Source: the human T2T-CHM13v2.0 reference genome, Homo sapiens. Taken from it: a DNA stretch of 64,000 nt. Position numbers and translations under genes: made by a program. Below, in pieces: positions 10,701-24,600 of this stretch (position 1 is the first letter of the stretch; each line of letters begins with the position of its first letter). Below the pieces are notes generated by a model. That model was given only the letters and a program-made list of their open reading frames with translations, was not told where the DNA came from and ran no database searches. The stretch lies in the NCBI RefSeq assembly GCF_009914755.1, contig NC_060948.1; one strand, written 5' to 3'.

Positions 10701-13700
10701 CAATGGAATGCTATGGAATGGAATGGAATGCATTGGAATGGAATGTCCTCTAATGGAATGGATTCGAGTGGAATGGAATCGAATATAATGTTGTCGAATA
10801 AAATGGAATTGAAAGGAATGGGATCGAATACAATGGAATATACTGGAATGTAATGTAATGAACTCGAATGTAATTGACTGGAATGGAATGTACATGAATG
10901 GAATGTAATCGAATGGAAAGTAATCCAATGGAATAGAATCTAATGCAATAAAATCGACTCAGGTAGAGTAGAATGTAATGGAATGGAGTGCAGTGCAATG
11001 GAATGGAATGGAGTGGAATGCAATGGAATGGAATGGAATGGAATGGAATGGAATGGAATGGAATGGAATGGGATGGAATGGTATGGAATGGATAGTAATG
11101 GACTGGAGTGACATGGACTGGAAAGGAATGGACTCAAATTGAAAGGGCTCGAAAGGAATGGAGTCAAATGGAATGGTCTGCAATGGAATGAACACGAATG
11201 TAATGCAATCCAATAGAATGGAATCGAATGGCATGGAATATAAGGAAATGGAATCGAAGAGAATGGAAACAAATGGAATGGAATTGAATGGAATGGAATT
11301 GAATGGAATGGGAACGAATGGAGTGAAATTGTATGCAGTAGAAGAGAATAGAATGGAATGCAAGCGAAAGGAAAGGAATGGATTGGAATGGAATGGAATT
11401 CATTGGAATGGAAGGGAATGTAGTGTAATGGACAGGCCTGGAATAAAGTGGAATGCTACGGTCGCGAATGGAATAAAAATGTATGGAATGGAATGCAATG
11501 AAACGGAATCGAATGTCATAGAATGTAATGGAATGCAAAAAAATGGACTCCAAAATCTTTGACTGGAAAGGCTGGGTGTCGAAAGGAATTGACTCCAATG
11601 GAATGGAATCGAATGGAATGGAAGTGAATAGAATCGAACTAAATCGAATGGAATGGAATTGATAGGAACGGAATGGAAAGGAATGCAATGATTTGGCATG
11701 GAATGGATTCGAATGGCATCGAATGGAATGGAATGGAATGCAATGGAGTGGAATGTATTAGCATGTAATGAACTTTAATGGAATGTACTCGAATGGATTC
11801 GACTGTAATGGAATGTTCTGGAAGTGAATGGACCCCAATGGAATGGATTCAAAAGGAATGGAATCGTACGGAATGGAATCTAATGGAATGGAATTCAATG
11901 GAAATGAATCAAATTGAATAGCACGGAATTGAATTGAATGGAATCGAATGCAATGGAATCTAATGTAACGGAAAGGAAAGGAATGGAATGGAATGGAATG
12001 GGCTGGAATGGAATGGAATCGAAACGAATGGAATGGAAACGAACTGAAGAGACTGGAATGGAATGCACTGGAATGGAAGGGAGTGTAATGGGAGGTTCTC
12101 GAAAACAATGGAATCCAATGGAGTGGAATTGAATGGAACGGAATAGAGTCGAATGGAATTGAATGGAGTGGAATGGACTAGAGTGAAATGGAATCGAACC
12201 ACAAGGAATGGACAGGAATAGAATGGTCTCGAATTGAATGGAATCGTATGGAATGGCATCAAACGGAATGGAATGGACAGCCACGGAATGGAATGCACTC
12301 GAATGCAATGGAGTCGAAACTAATGGACTGGAATAGAATGGACTCGACTGGTACGGACTCCAATGGAATGGAATCGAATAGAATGGAATCGAAAGGAATG
12401 GACTCGAAAGGAAAAGACTGCAATGGAAAGGTCTCGAGTGGAATGGAAATTAATGGAATGGAATGGAATCGAATGAAATGGAGTCAAAAGGAATGGAATC
12501 GAATGGCAAGAAATCGAATGTAATGGAATCGCAAGGAATTGATGTGAACGGAACGGAATGGAATGGAATCCAAAGGAATGGAATAGAATGGAATGGAATC
12601 GAATGGAAAGGACTCGAATGGAAATCACTCGAATAGAATGCAATTTAATAAAATAGGATCAAATGTAATGGAATGGAATGGAAAGGAATCGAAACGAAAG
12701 GAATGGAGACAGATGGAATGGAATGGAACAGAGAGCAATGGTATAGAATGGAATGGAATTATCTGGAATGGAATTGAATGGAATGGATTAATATGAAATG
12801 GAATGGAATGGAATGGAATGCCCTTGAATTAAATGGACTGGAATGGAATGGACTCGAATAGAGTGGAATGGAAAGTTTTGAGATAGAATGGAATGGACAC
12901 CTTTGGAATGGTCTAGTATGCAATGCAATCGACTGGCAGGGAATCAAAAGGAATGTAATCGAATGGATTGGACTGGAAAGCAATGGACTCGAATAGATTG
13001 GAAACGGAATGCAAAGGAATGGAATGGAATAGTATGGAATGGAATGGAAAGGAATGGAGTGGAATAGACTAGAGTGGAATGGAATGGACTGGAAAGCAAT
13101 GGACTGGAATCGAACATTCTTGAATGGACTGGAATCAAACGGAATGGAATGCAATGCAATCAAATGGCATGGAATAAAATAGAATGAAAGAGAATCAAAT
13201 GGAATTGAATCGAATGGAATCGAATGGATTGGAAAGGAATAGAATGGAATGGAATGGAATTGACTCAAATGGAATGGACTAGAATGGAATGGATTCGAAT
13301 GGAAGGCAAAGGAATGGAATCTATTGGAATGGACTGTAATGGAATGGAATGGAAGGGATTGGAATGGACTCGAATGGAATGGACTGCAATAGAATGGATT
13401 CGAATGGAATGAAAAAGAATTGAATGGAATAGAACAGAATGGAATCAAATCGAATGAAATGGAATGGAATAGAAAGGAATGGAATGGAATGGAATGGAAA
13501 GTATTCGAATGGAATGCAATCGAATGGAATGGAATCGAACGGAATGGAATAAAATGGAAGAAACCTGGCAAGAAATGGAATCGAAATGAATGGAGTGTTA
13601 TGGAACGGACTCAAAAGGAATTGAATGTAATAGAATGGAGTGGAGTGGACTCGAATATAATGGACTGGAATGGAATGAAATCACATGGAATGGGAACGAA

Positions 13701-15699
13701 TGGAATGGAATGGAAAGGAATGGAATCGAATGGAAAGGAATCGAATGGAAGGGAATGAAATTGAATCAACAGGAATGGAAGGGAATAGAATAGACGGTAA
13801 TGGAATGGACTCAAATAGAATGGACACGAATGCTCAAATTGAATGGACTCGAATGGAATGGAAACGAAAGGAATGTCATCGAATGGAATTGAATCGATTG
13901 GAATGAAATCGCATAGAATGGAGTGGAATCAAATGGAATTGAATCGAAAGGAAAGGAAGCGAATGGACTGAAATGAAATGGAATGGAATTGAATGGAAAG
14001 TAATGCAATGGAATAGAATGGAACGAAATTTCACGGAATGGAATGAAACTGAATGGAATCAAATCAATGGAATATAATCAAATGGAATGGAAAGGAATTG
14101 AATGGAGTAGATTGGATTGGATGGGATTGGAATGAAATGTACTGGAAAGGACTCGAATTTCATGAAACGGAATGGAATGAATTGGAACGGAATGGACTCG
14201 AATGGAATGGAATGTCATGGAATGGCATCAAATGGAATGGAATCGAATGCAATGGAATGCTATGGAATGGAATGGAATGCGTTGGAATGGAATGTCCTCT
14301 AATGGAATGGATTCGAGTGGAATGGAATCGAATATAATGGAGTCGAATGAAATGGAATTGAAAGGAATGGGATCGAATACAATGGAATATAATGGAATGT
14401 AATGTAATGAACTCGAATGTAATTGACTGGAATGGAATGTACATGAATGGAATGTAATCGAATGGAAATTAATCCAATGGAATAGAAACTAATGCAATAA
14501 AATCGACTCAGATAGAGTAGAATGTAATGGAATGGAGTGCAGTGCAATGGAATGGAATGGAATGGAATGCAATGGAATGGAATGGAATGGAATGGAATGG
14601 AATGGGATGGAATGGTATGGAATGGATAGTAATGGACTGGAGTGAAATGGACTGGAAAGGAATGGACTCAAATTGAAAGGGCTCGAAAGGAATGGAGTCA
14701 AATGGAATGGTCTGGAATGGAATGAACACGAATGTAATGCAATCCAATAGAATGGAATCGAATGGCATGGAATATAAAGAAATGGAATCGAAGAGAATGG
14801 AAGCAAATGGAATGGAATTGAATGGAATGGAATTGAATGGAATGGGAACGAATGGAGTGAAATTGTATGCAGTAGAAGAGAATTGAATGAAATGCAAGCG
14901 AAAGGAAAGGAATGGATTGCAATGGAATGGAATTCATTGGAATGGAAGGGAATGTAGTGTAATGGACAGGCCTGGAATAAAGTGGAATGCTACGGTCTCG
15001 AATGGAATAAAAATGTATGGAATGGAATGCAATGAAACGGAATCGAATGTCATAGAATGTAATGGAATGCAAAAAAATGGACTCCAAAATCATTGACTGG
15101 AAAGGCTGGGTGTCGAAAGGAATTGACTCCAATGGAATGGAATCGAATGGAATGGAAGTGAATAGAATCGAACTAAATCGAATGGAATGGAATTGATAGG
15201 AACGGAATGGAAAGGAATGCAATGATTTGGCATGGAATGGAATCGAATGGCATCGAATGGAATGGAATGGAATGCAATGGAATGGAATGTATTAGAATGT
15301 AATGAACTTTAATGGAATGTACTCGAATGGATTCGACTCTAAAGGAATGTTCTGGAAGTGAATGGACTCCAATGGAATGGATTCAAAAGGAATGGAATCT
15401 TACGGAATGGAATCTAATGGAATGGAATTAAATGGAAATGAATCAAATTGAATAGCACGGAATTGAATTGAATGGAATGGAATGCAATGGAATCTAATGA
15501 AACGGAAAGGAAAGGAATGGAATGGAATGGAATGGGCTGGAATGGAAAGGAATCGAAACGAATGGAATGGAATCGAACTGAAGAGACTGGAATGGAATGC
15601 ACTGGAATGGAAGGGAGTGTAATGGAAGGTTCTCGACAAAAATGGAATCGAATGGAATGGAATTGAATGGAACGGAATAGAGTCGAATGGAATTGAATG

Positions 15700-18600
15700 G
15701 AATGGAATGGACTAGAGTGAAATGGAATCGAACCACAAGGAATGGACAGGAATAGAATGGTCTCGAATTGAATGGAATCCTATGGAATGGCATCAAACGG
15801 AATGGAATGGACAGCCACGGAATGGAATGCACTCGAATGCAATGGAGTCGAAACTAATGGACTGGAATAGAATGGACTCGACTGGTACGGACTCCAATGG
15901 AATGGAATCGAATGGAAGGGAATCTAACGGAATGGACTCGAAGGGAAAAGACTGCAATGGAAAGGTCTCGAATGGAATGGAAATTAATGGAATGGAATGG
16001 AATCGAATGAAATGGAGTCAAAAGGAATGGAATCGAATGGCAAGAAATCGAATCTAATGGAATCGCAAGGAATTGATGTGAACGGAACGGAATGGAATGG
16101 AATCCAAAGGAATGGAATAGAATGGAATGGAATCGAATGGAAAGGACTCGAATGGAAATCACTCGAATAGAATGCAATTTAATAAAATAGGATCAAATGT
16201 AATGGAATGGAATGGAAAGGAATCGAAAGGAAAGGAATGGAGACAGATGGAATGGAATGGAACAGAGAGCAATGGTATAGAATGGAATGGAATCATCTGG
16301 AATGGAATTGAATGGAATGGAATAATATGAAATGGAATGGAATGGAATGGAATGCCCTTGAATTAAATGGACTGGAATGGAATGGATTCGAATAGAGTGG
16401 AATGGAAAGTTTTGAGATAGAATGGAATGGACCCCTTTGGAATGGTCTAGTATGCAATGCAATCGACTGGCAGGGAATCAAAAGGAATGTAATCGAATGG
16501 ATTGGACTGGAATGCAATGGACTCGAATAGATTGGAAACGGAATGCAAAGGAATGGAATGGAATAGTATGGAATGGAATGGAAAGGAATGGAGTGGAATA
16601 GACTAGAGTGGAATGGAATGGACTGGAAAGCAATGGACTGGAATGGAACTTTCTTGAATGGACTGGAATCAAACGGAATGGAATGCAATGCAATCAAATG
16701 GCATGGAATAAAATAGAATGAAAGAGAATCAAATGGAATTGAATCGAATGGAATCGAATGGATTGGAAAGGAATAGAATGGAATGGAATGGAATTGACTC
16801 AAATGGAATGGACTAGAATGGAATGGATTCGAATGGAAGGCAAAGGAATGGAATCTATTGGAATGGACTGTAATGGAATGGAATGGAAGGGATTGGAATG
16901 GACTCGAATGGAATGGACTGCAATAGAAAGGATTCGAATGGAATGAAAAAGAATTGAATGGAATAGAACAGAATGGAATCAAATCGAATGAAATGGAATG
17001 GAATAGAAAGGAATGGAATGAAATGGAATGGAAAGGATTCGAATGGAATGCAATCGAATGGAATGGAATCGAACGGAATGGAATAAAATGGAAGAAAACT
17101 GGCAAGAAATGGAATCGAAATGAATGGAGTGTTATGGAACGGACTCAAAAGGAATTGAATGTAATAGAATGGAGTGGAGTGGACTCGAATATAATGGACT
17201 GGAATGGAATGAAATCACATGGAATGGGAACGAATGGAATGGAATGGAAAGGAATGGAATCGAATGGAAAGGAATCGAATGGAAGGGAATGAAATTGAAT
17301 CAAAAGGAATGGAAGGGAATAGAATAGACGGTAATGGAATGGACTCGAATAGAATGGACACGAATGCTCAAATTGAATGGACTCGAATGGAATGGAAACG
17401 AAAGGAATGTCATCGAATGGAATTGAATCGATTGGAATGAAATCGCATAGAATGGAGTGGAATCAAATGGAATTGAATCGAAAGGAAAGGAAGCGAATGG
17501 ACTGAAATGAAATGGAATGGAATTGAATGGAAAGTAATGCAATGGAAGAGAATGGAAGGAAATTTCACGGAATGGAATCAAACTGAATGGAATCAAATCA
17601 ATGGAATCAAATCAAATGGAATGGAAAGGAATTGAATGGAGTAGATTGGATTGGATGGGATTGGAATGAAATGTACTGGAAAGGACTCGAATTTCATGAA
17701 ACGGAATGGAATGAATTGGAACGGAATGGACTCGAATGGAATGGAATGTCATGGAATGGCATCAAATGGAATGGCATCAAATGGAATGGAATCGAATGCA
17801 ATGGAATGCTATGGAATGGAATGGAATGCATTGGAATGGAATGTCCTCTAATGGAATGGATTCGAGTGGAATGGAATCGAATACAATGGAGTCGAATGAA
17901 ATGGAATTGAAAGGAATGGGTTCGAATACAATGGAATATACTGGAATGTAAGGTAATGAACTCGAATGTAATTGACTGGAATGGAATGTACATGAACGGA
18001 ATGTAATCGAATGGAAAGTAATCCAATGGAATAGAATCTAATGCAATAAAATCGACTCAGGTAGAGTAGAATGTAATGGAATGGAGTGCAGTGCAATGGA
18101 ATGGAATGGAATGCAATGGAATGGAATGGAATGGAATGGAATGGAATGGGACGGAATGGTATGGAATGGATAGTAATGGACTGGAGTGAAATGGACTGGA
18201 AAGGAATGGACTCAAATTGAAAGGGCTCGAAAGGAATGGAGTCAAATGGAATGGTCTGGAATGGAATGAACACGAATGTAATGCAATCCAATAGAATGGA
18301 ATCGAATGGCATGGAATATAAAGAAATGGAATCGAAGAGAATGGAAACAAATGGAATGGAATTGAATGGAATGGAATTGAATGGAATGGGAACGAATGGA
18401 GTGAAATTGTATGCAGTAGAAGAGAATAGAATGAAATGCAAGCGAAAGGAAAGGAATGGATTGGAATGGAATGGAATTCATTGGAATGGAAGGGAATGTA
18501 GTGTAATGGACAGGCCTGGAATAAAGTGGAATGCTACGGTCTCGAATGGAATAAAAATGTATGGAATGGAATGCAATGAAACGGAATCGAATGTCATAGA

Positions 18601-21600
18601 ATGTAATGGAATGCAAAAAAATGGACTCCAAAATCATTGACTGGAAAGGCTGGGTGTCGAAAGGGATTGACTCCAATGGAATGGAATCGAATGGAATGGA
18701 AGTGAATAGAATCGAACTAAATCGAATGGAATGGAATTGATAGGAACGGAATGGAAAGGAATGCAATCATTTGGCATGGAATGGAATCGAATGGCATCGA
18801 ATGGAATGGAATGGAATGCAATGGAATGGAATGTATTAGAATGTAATGAACTTTAATGGAATGTACTCGAATGGATTCGACTGGAATGGAATGTTCTGGA
18901 CGTGAATGGACTCCAATGGAATGGATTCAAAAGGAATGGAATCTTACGGAATGGAATCTAATGGAATGGAATTAAATGGAAATGAATCAAATTGAATAGC
19001 ACGGAATTGAATTGAATGGAATCGAATGCAATGGTATCTAATGAAACGGAAAGGAAAGGAATGGAATGGAATGGAATGGGCTGGAATGGAAAGGAATCGA
19101 AACGAATGGAATGGAATCGAACTGAAGAGACTGGAATGGAATGCACTTTAATGGAAGGGAGTGTAATGGAAGGTTCTCGACAAAAATGGAATCGAATGGA
19201 ATGGAATTGAATGGAACGGAATAGAGTCGAATGGAATTGAATGGAATGGAATGGACTACAGTGAAATGGAATCGAACCACAAGTAATGGACAGGTATAGA
19301 ATGGTCTCGAATTGAATGGAATCGTATGGAATGGCATCAAACGGAATGGAATGGACAGCCACGGAATGGAATGCACTCGAATGCAATGGAGTCGAAACTA
19401 ATGGACTGGAATAGAATGGACTCGACTGGTACGGACTCCAATGGAATGGAATCGAATGCAAGGGAATCGAACGGAATGGACTCGAAGGGAAAAGACTGCA
19501 ATGGAAAGGTCTCGAATGGAATGGAAATTAATGGAATGGAATGGAATCGAATGAAATGGAGTCAAAAGGAATGGAATCGAATGGCAAGAAATCGAATGTA
19601 ATGGAATCGCAAGGAATTGATGTGAACGGAACGGAATGGAATGGAATCCAAAGGAATGGAATAGAATGGAATGGAATCGAATGGAAAGGGCTCGAATGGA
19701 AATCACTCGAATAGAATGCAATTTAATAAAATAGGATCAAATGTAATGGAATGGAATGGAAAGGAATCGAAAGGAAAGGAATGGAGACAGATGGAATGGA
19801 ATGGAACAGAGAGCAATGGTATAGAATGGAATGGAATCATCTGGAATGGAATTGAATGGAATGGAATAATATGAAATGGAATGGAATGGAATGGAATGCC
19901 CTTGAATTAAATGGACTGGAATGGAATGGATTCGAATAGAGTGGAATGGAAAGTTTTGAGATAGAATGGAATGGACCCCTTTGGAATGGTCTAGTATGCA
20001 ATGCAATCGACTGGCAGGGAATCAAAAGGAATGTAATCGAATGGATTGGACTGGAATGCAATGGACTCGAATAGATTGGAAACGGAATGCAAAGGAATGG
20101 AATGGAATAGTATGGAATGGAATGGAAAGGAATGGAGTGGAATAGACTAGAGTGGAATGGAATGGACTGGAAAGCAATGGACTGGAATGGAACTTTCTTG
20201 AATGGACTGGAATCAAACGGAATGGAATGCAATGCAATCAAATGGCATGGAATAAAATAGAATGAAAGAGAATCAAATGGAATTGAATCGAATGGAATCG
20301 AATGGATTGGAAAGGAATAGAATGGAATGGAATGGAATTGACTGAAATGGAATGGACTAGAATGGAATGGATTCGAATGGAAGGCAAAGGAATGGAATCT
20401 ATTGGAATGGACTGTAATGGAATGGAATGGAAGGGATTGGAATGGACTCGAATGGAATGGACTGCAATAGAAAGGATTCGAATGGAATGAAAAAGAATTG
20501 AATGGAATAGAACAGAATGGAATCAAATCGAATGAAATGGAATGGAATAGAAAGGAATGGAATGAAATGGAATGGAAAGGATTCGAATGGAATGCAATCG
20601 AATGGAATGGAATCGAACGGAATGGAATAAAATGGAAGAAAACTGGCAAGAAATGGAATCGAAATGAATGGAGTGTTATGGAACGGACTCAAAAGGAATT
20701 GAATGTAATAGAATGGAGTGGAGTGGACTCGAATATAATGGACTGGAATGGAATGAAATCACATGGAATGGGAACGAATGGAATGGAATGGAAAGGAATG
20801 GAATCGAATGGAAAGGAATCGAATGGAAGGGAATGAAATTGAATCAACAGGAATGGAAGGGAATAGAATAGACGGTAATGGAATGGACTCGAATAGAATG
20901 GACACGAATGCTCAAATTGAATGGACTCGAATGGAATGGAAACGAAAGGAATGTCATCGAATGGAATTGAATCGATTGGAATGAAATCGCATAGAATGGA
21001 GTGGAATCAAATGGAATTGAATCGAAAGGAAAGGAAGCGAATGGACTGAAATGAAATGGAATGGAATTGAATGGAAAGTAGTGCAATGGAATAGAATGGA
21101 ACGAAATTTCACGGAATGGAAAGAAACTGAAAGGAATCAAATCAATGGAATATAATCAAATGGAATGGAAAGGAATTGAATGGAGTAGATTGGATTGGAT
21201 GGGATTGGAATGAAATGTACTGGAAAGGACTCGAATTTCATGAAACGGAATGGAATGAATTGGAACGGAATGGACTCGAATGGAATGGAATGTCATGGAA
21301 TGGCATCAAATGGAATGACATCAAATGGAATGGAATCGAATGCAATGGAATGCTCTGGAATGGAATGGAATGCGTTGGAATGGAATGTCCTCTAATGGAA
21401 TGGATTCGAGTGGAATGGAATCGAATATAATGGAGTCGAATGAAATGGAATTGAAAGGAATGGGATCGAATACAATGGAATATACTGGAATGTAATGTAA
21501 TGAACTCGAATGTAATTGACTGGAATGGAATGTACATGAATGGAATGTAATCGAATGGAAAGTAATCCAATGGAATAGAATCTACTGCAATAAAATCGAC

Positions 21601-24600
21601 TCAGATAGAGTAGAATGTAATGGAATGGAGTGCAGTGCAATGGAATGGAATGGAATGGAATGCAATGGAATGGAATGGAATGGAATGGAATGGGATGGAA
21701 TGGTATGGAATGGATAGTAATGGACTGGAGTGAAATAGACTGGAATGGAATGGACTCAAATTGAAAGGTCTCGAAAGGAATGGAGTCAAATGGAATGGTC
21801 TGGAATGGAATGAACACGAATGTAATGCAATCCAATAGAATGGAATCGAATGGCATGGAATATAAAGAAATGGAATCGAAGAGAATGGAAACAAATGGAA
21901 TGGAATTGAATGGAATGGAATTGAATGGAATGGGAACGAATGGAGTGAAATTGTATGCAGTAGAAGAGAATAGAATGGAATGCAAGCGAAAGGAAAGGAA
22001 TGGATTGGAATGGAATGGAATTCATTGGAATGGAAGGGAATGTAGTGTAATGGACAGGCCTGGAATAAAGTGGAATGCTACGGTCTCGAATGGAATAAAA
22101 ATGTATGGAATGGAATGCAATGAAACGGAATCGAATGTCATAGAATGTAATGGAATGCAAAAAAATGGACTCCAAAATCATTGACTGGAAAGGCTGGGTG
22201 TCGAAAGGAATTGACTCCAATGGAATGGAATCGAATGGAATGGAAGTGAATAGAATCGAACTAAATCGAATGGAATGGAATTGATAGGAACAGAATGGAA
22301 AGGAATGCAATGATTTGGCATGGAATGGAATCGAATGGCATCGAATGGAATGGAATGGAATGCAATGGAATGGAATGTATTAGAATGTAATGAACTTTAA
22401 TGGAATGTACTCGAATGGATTCGACTGGAATGGAATGTTCTGGAAGTGAATGGACTCCAATGGAATGGATTCAAAAGGAATGGAATCTTACGGAATGGAA
22501 TCTAATGGAATGGAATTAAATGGAAATGAATAAAATTGAATAGCACGGAATTGAATTGAATGGAATCGAATGCAATGGTATCTAATGAAACGGAAAGGAA
22601 AGGAATGGAATGGAATGGAATGGGCTGGAATGGAAAGGAATCGAAACGAATGGAATGGAATCGAACTGAAGAGACTGGAATGGAATGCACTGGAATGGAA
22701 GGGAGTGTAATGGAAGGTTCTCGACAAAAATGGAATCGAATGGAATGGAATTGAATGGAACGGAATAGTGTCGAATGGAATTGAATGGAATGGAATGGAC
22801 TAGAGTGAAATGGAATCGAACCACAAGGAATGGACAGGAATAGAATGGTCTCGAATTGAATGGAATCCTATGGAATGGCATCAAACGGAATGGAATGGAC
22901 AGCCACGGAATGGAATGCACTCGAATGCAATGGAGTCGAAACTAATGGACTGGAATAGAATGGACTCGACTGGTACGGACTCCAATGGAATGGAATCGAA
23001 TGGAAGGGAATCGAACGGAACGGACTCGAGGGAAAAGACTGCAATGGAAAGGTCTCGAATGGAATGGAAGTTAATGGAATGGAATGGAATCGAATGAAAT
23101 GGAGTCAAAAGGAATGGAATCGAATGGCAAGAAATCGAATGTAATGGAATCGCAAGGAATTGATGTGAACGGAACGGAATGGAATGGAATCCAAAGGAAT
23201 GGAATAGAATGGAATGGAATCGAATGGAAAGGACTCGAATGGAAATCACTCGAATAGAATGCAATTTAATAAAATAGGATCAAATGTAATGGAATGGAAT
23301 GGAAAGGAATCGAAAGGAAAGGAATGGAGACAGATGGAATGGAATGGAACAGAGAGCAATGGTATAGAATGGAATGGAATCATGTGGAATGGAATTGAAT
23401 GGAATGGAATAATATGAAATGGAATGGAATGGAATGGAATGCCCTTGAATTAAATGGACTGGAATGGAATGGATTCGAATAGAGTGGAATGGAAAGTTTT
23501 GAGATAGAATGGAATGGACCCCTTTGGAATGGTCTAGTATGCAATGCAATCGACTGGCAGGGAATCAAAAGGAATGTAATCGAATGGATTGGACTGGAAT
23601 GCAATGGACTCGAATAGATTGGAAACGGAATGCAAAGGAATGGAATGGAATAGTATGGAATGGAATGGAAAGGAATGGAGTGGAATAGACTAGAGTGGAA
23701 TGGAATGGACTGGAAAGCAATGGACTGGAATGGAACTTTCTTGAATGGACTGGAATCAAACGGAATGGAATGCAATGCAATCAAATGGCATGGAATAAAA
23801 TAGAATGAAAGAGAATCAAATGGAATTGAATCGAATGGAATCGAATGGATTGGAAAGGAATAGAATGGAATGGAATGGAATTGACTCAAATGGAATGGAC
23901 TAGAATGGAATGGATTCGAATGGAAGGCAAAGGAATGGAATCTATTGGAATGGACTGTAATGGAATGGAATGGAAGGGATTGGAATGGACTCGAATGGAA
24001 TGGACTGCAATAGAAAGGATTCGAATGGAATGAAAAAGAATTGAATGGAATAGAACAGAATGGAATCAAATCGAATGAAATGGAATGGAATAGAAAGGAA
24101 TGGAATGAAATGGAATGGAAAGGATTCGAATGGAATGCAATCGAATGGAATGGAATCGAACGGAATGGAATAAAATGGAAGAAAACTGGCAAGAAATGGA
24201 ATCGAAATGAATGGAGTGTTATGGAACGGACTCAAAAGGAATTGAATGTAATAGAATGGAGTGGAGTGGACTCGAATATAATGGACTGGAATGGAATGAA
24301 ATCACATGGAATGGGAACGAATGGAATGGAATGGAAAGGAATGGAATCGAATGGAAAGGAATCGAATGGAAGGGAATGAAATTGAATCAACAGGAATGGA
24401 AGGGAATAGAATAGACGGTAATGGAATGGACTCGAATAGAATGGACACGAATGCTCAAATTGAATGGACTCGAATGGAATGGAAACGAAAGGAATGTCAT
24501 CGAATGGAATTGAATCGATTGGAATGAAATCGCATAGAATGGAGTGGAATCAAATGGAATTGAATCGAAAGGAAAGGAAGCGAATGGACTGAAATGAAAT

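Noticed and set aside
11025-11070. Pure (TGGAA)n run as a disease-type expansion, or as an EWS-FLI1 GGAA microsatellite
   Set aside because: Runs are only about 5-10 pentamers and are normal for DYZ1. EWS-FLI1 elements are tetrameric (GGAA)n, which is not the repeat here.
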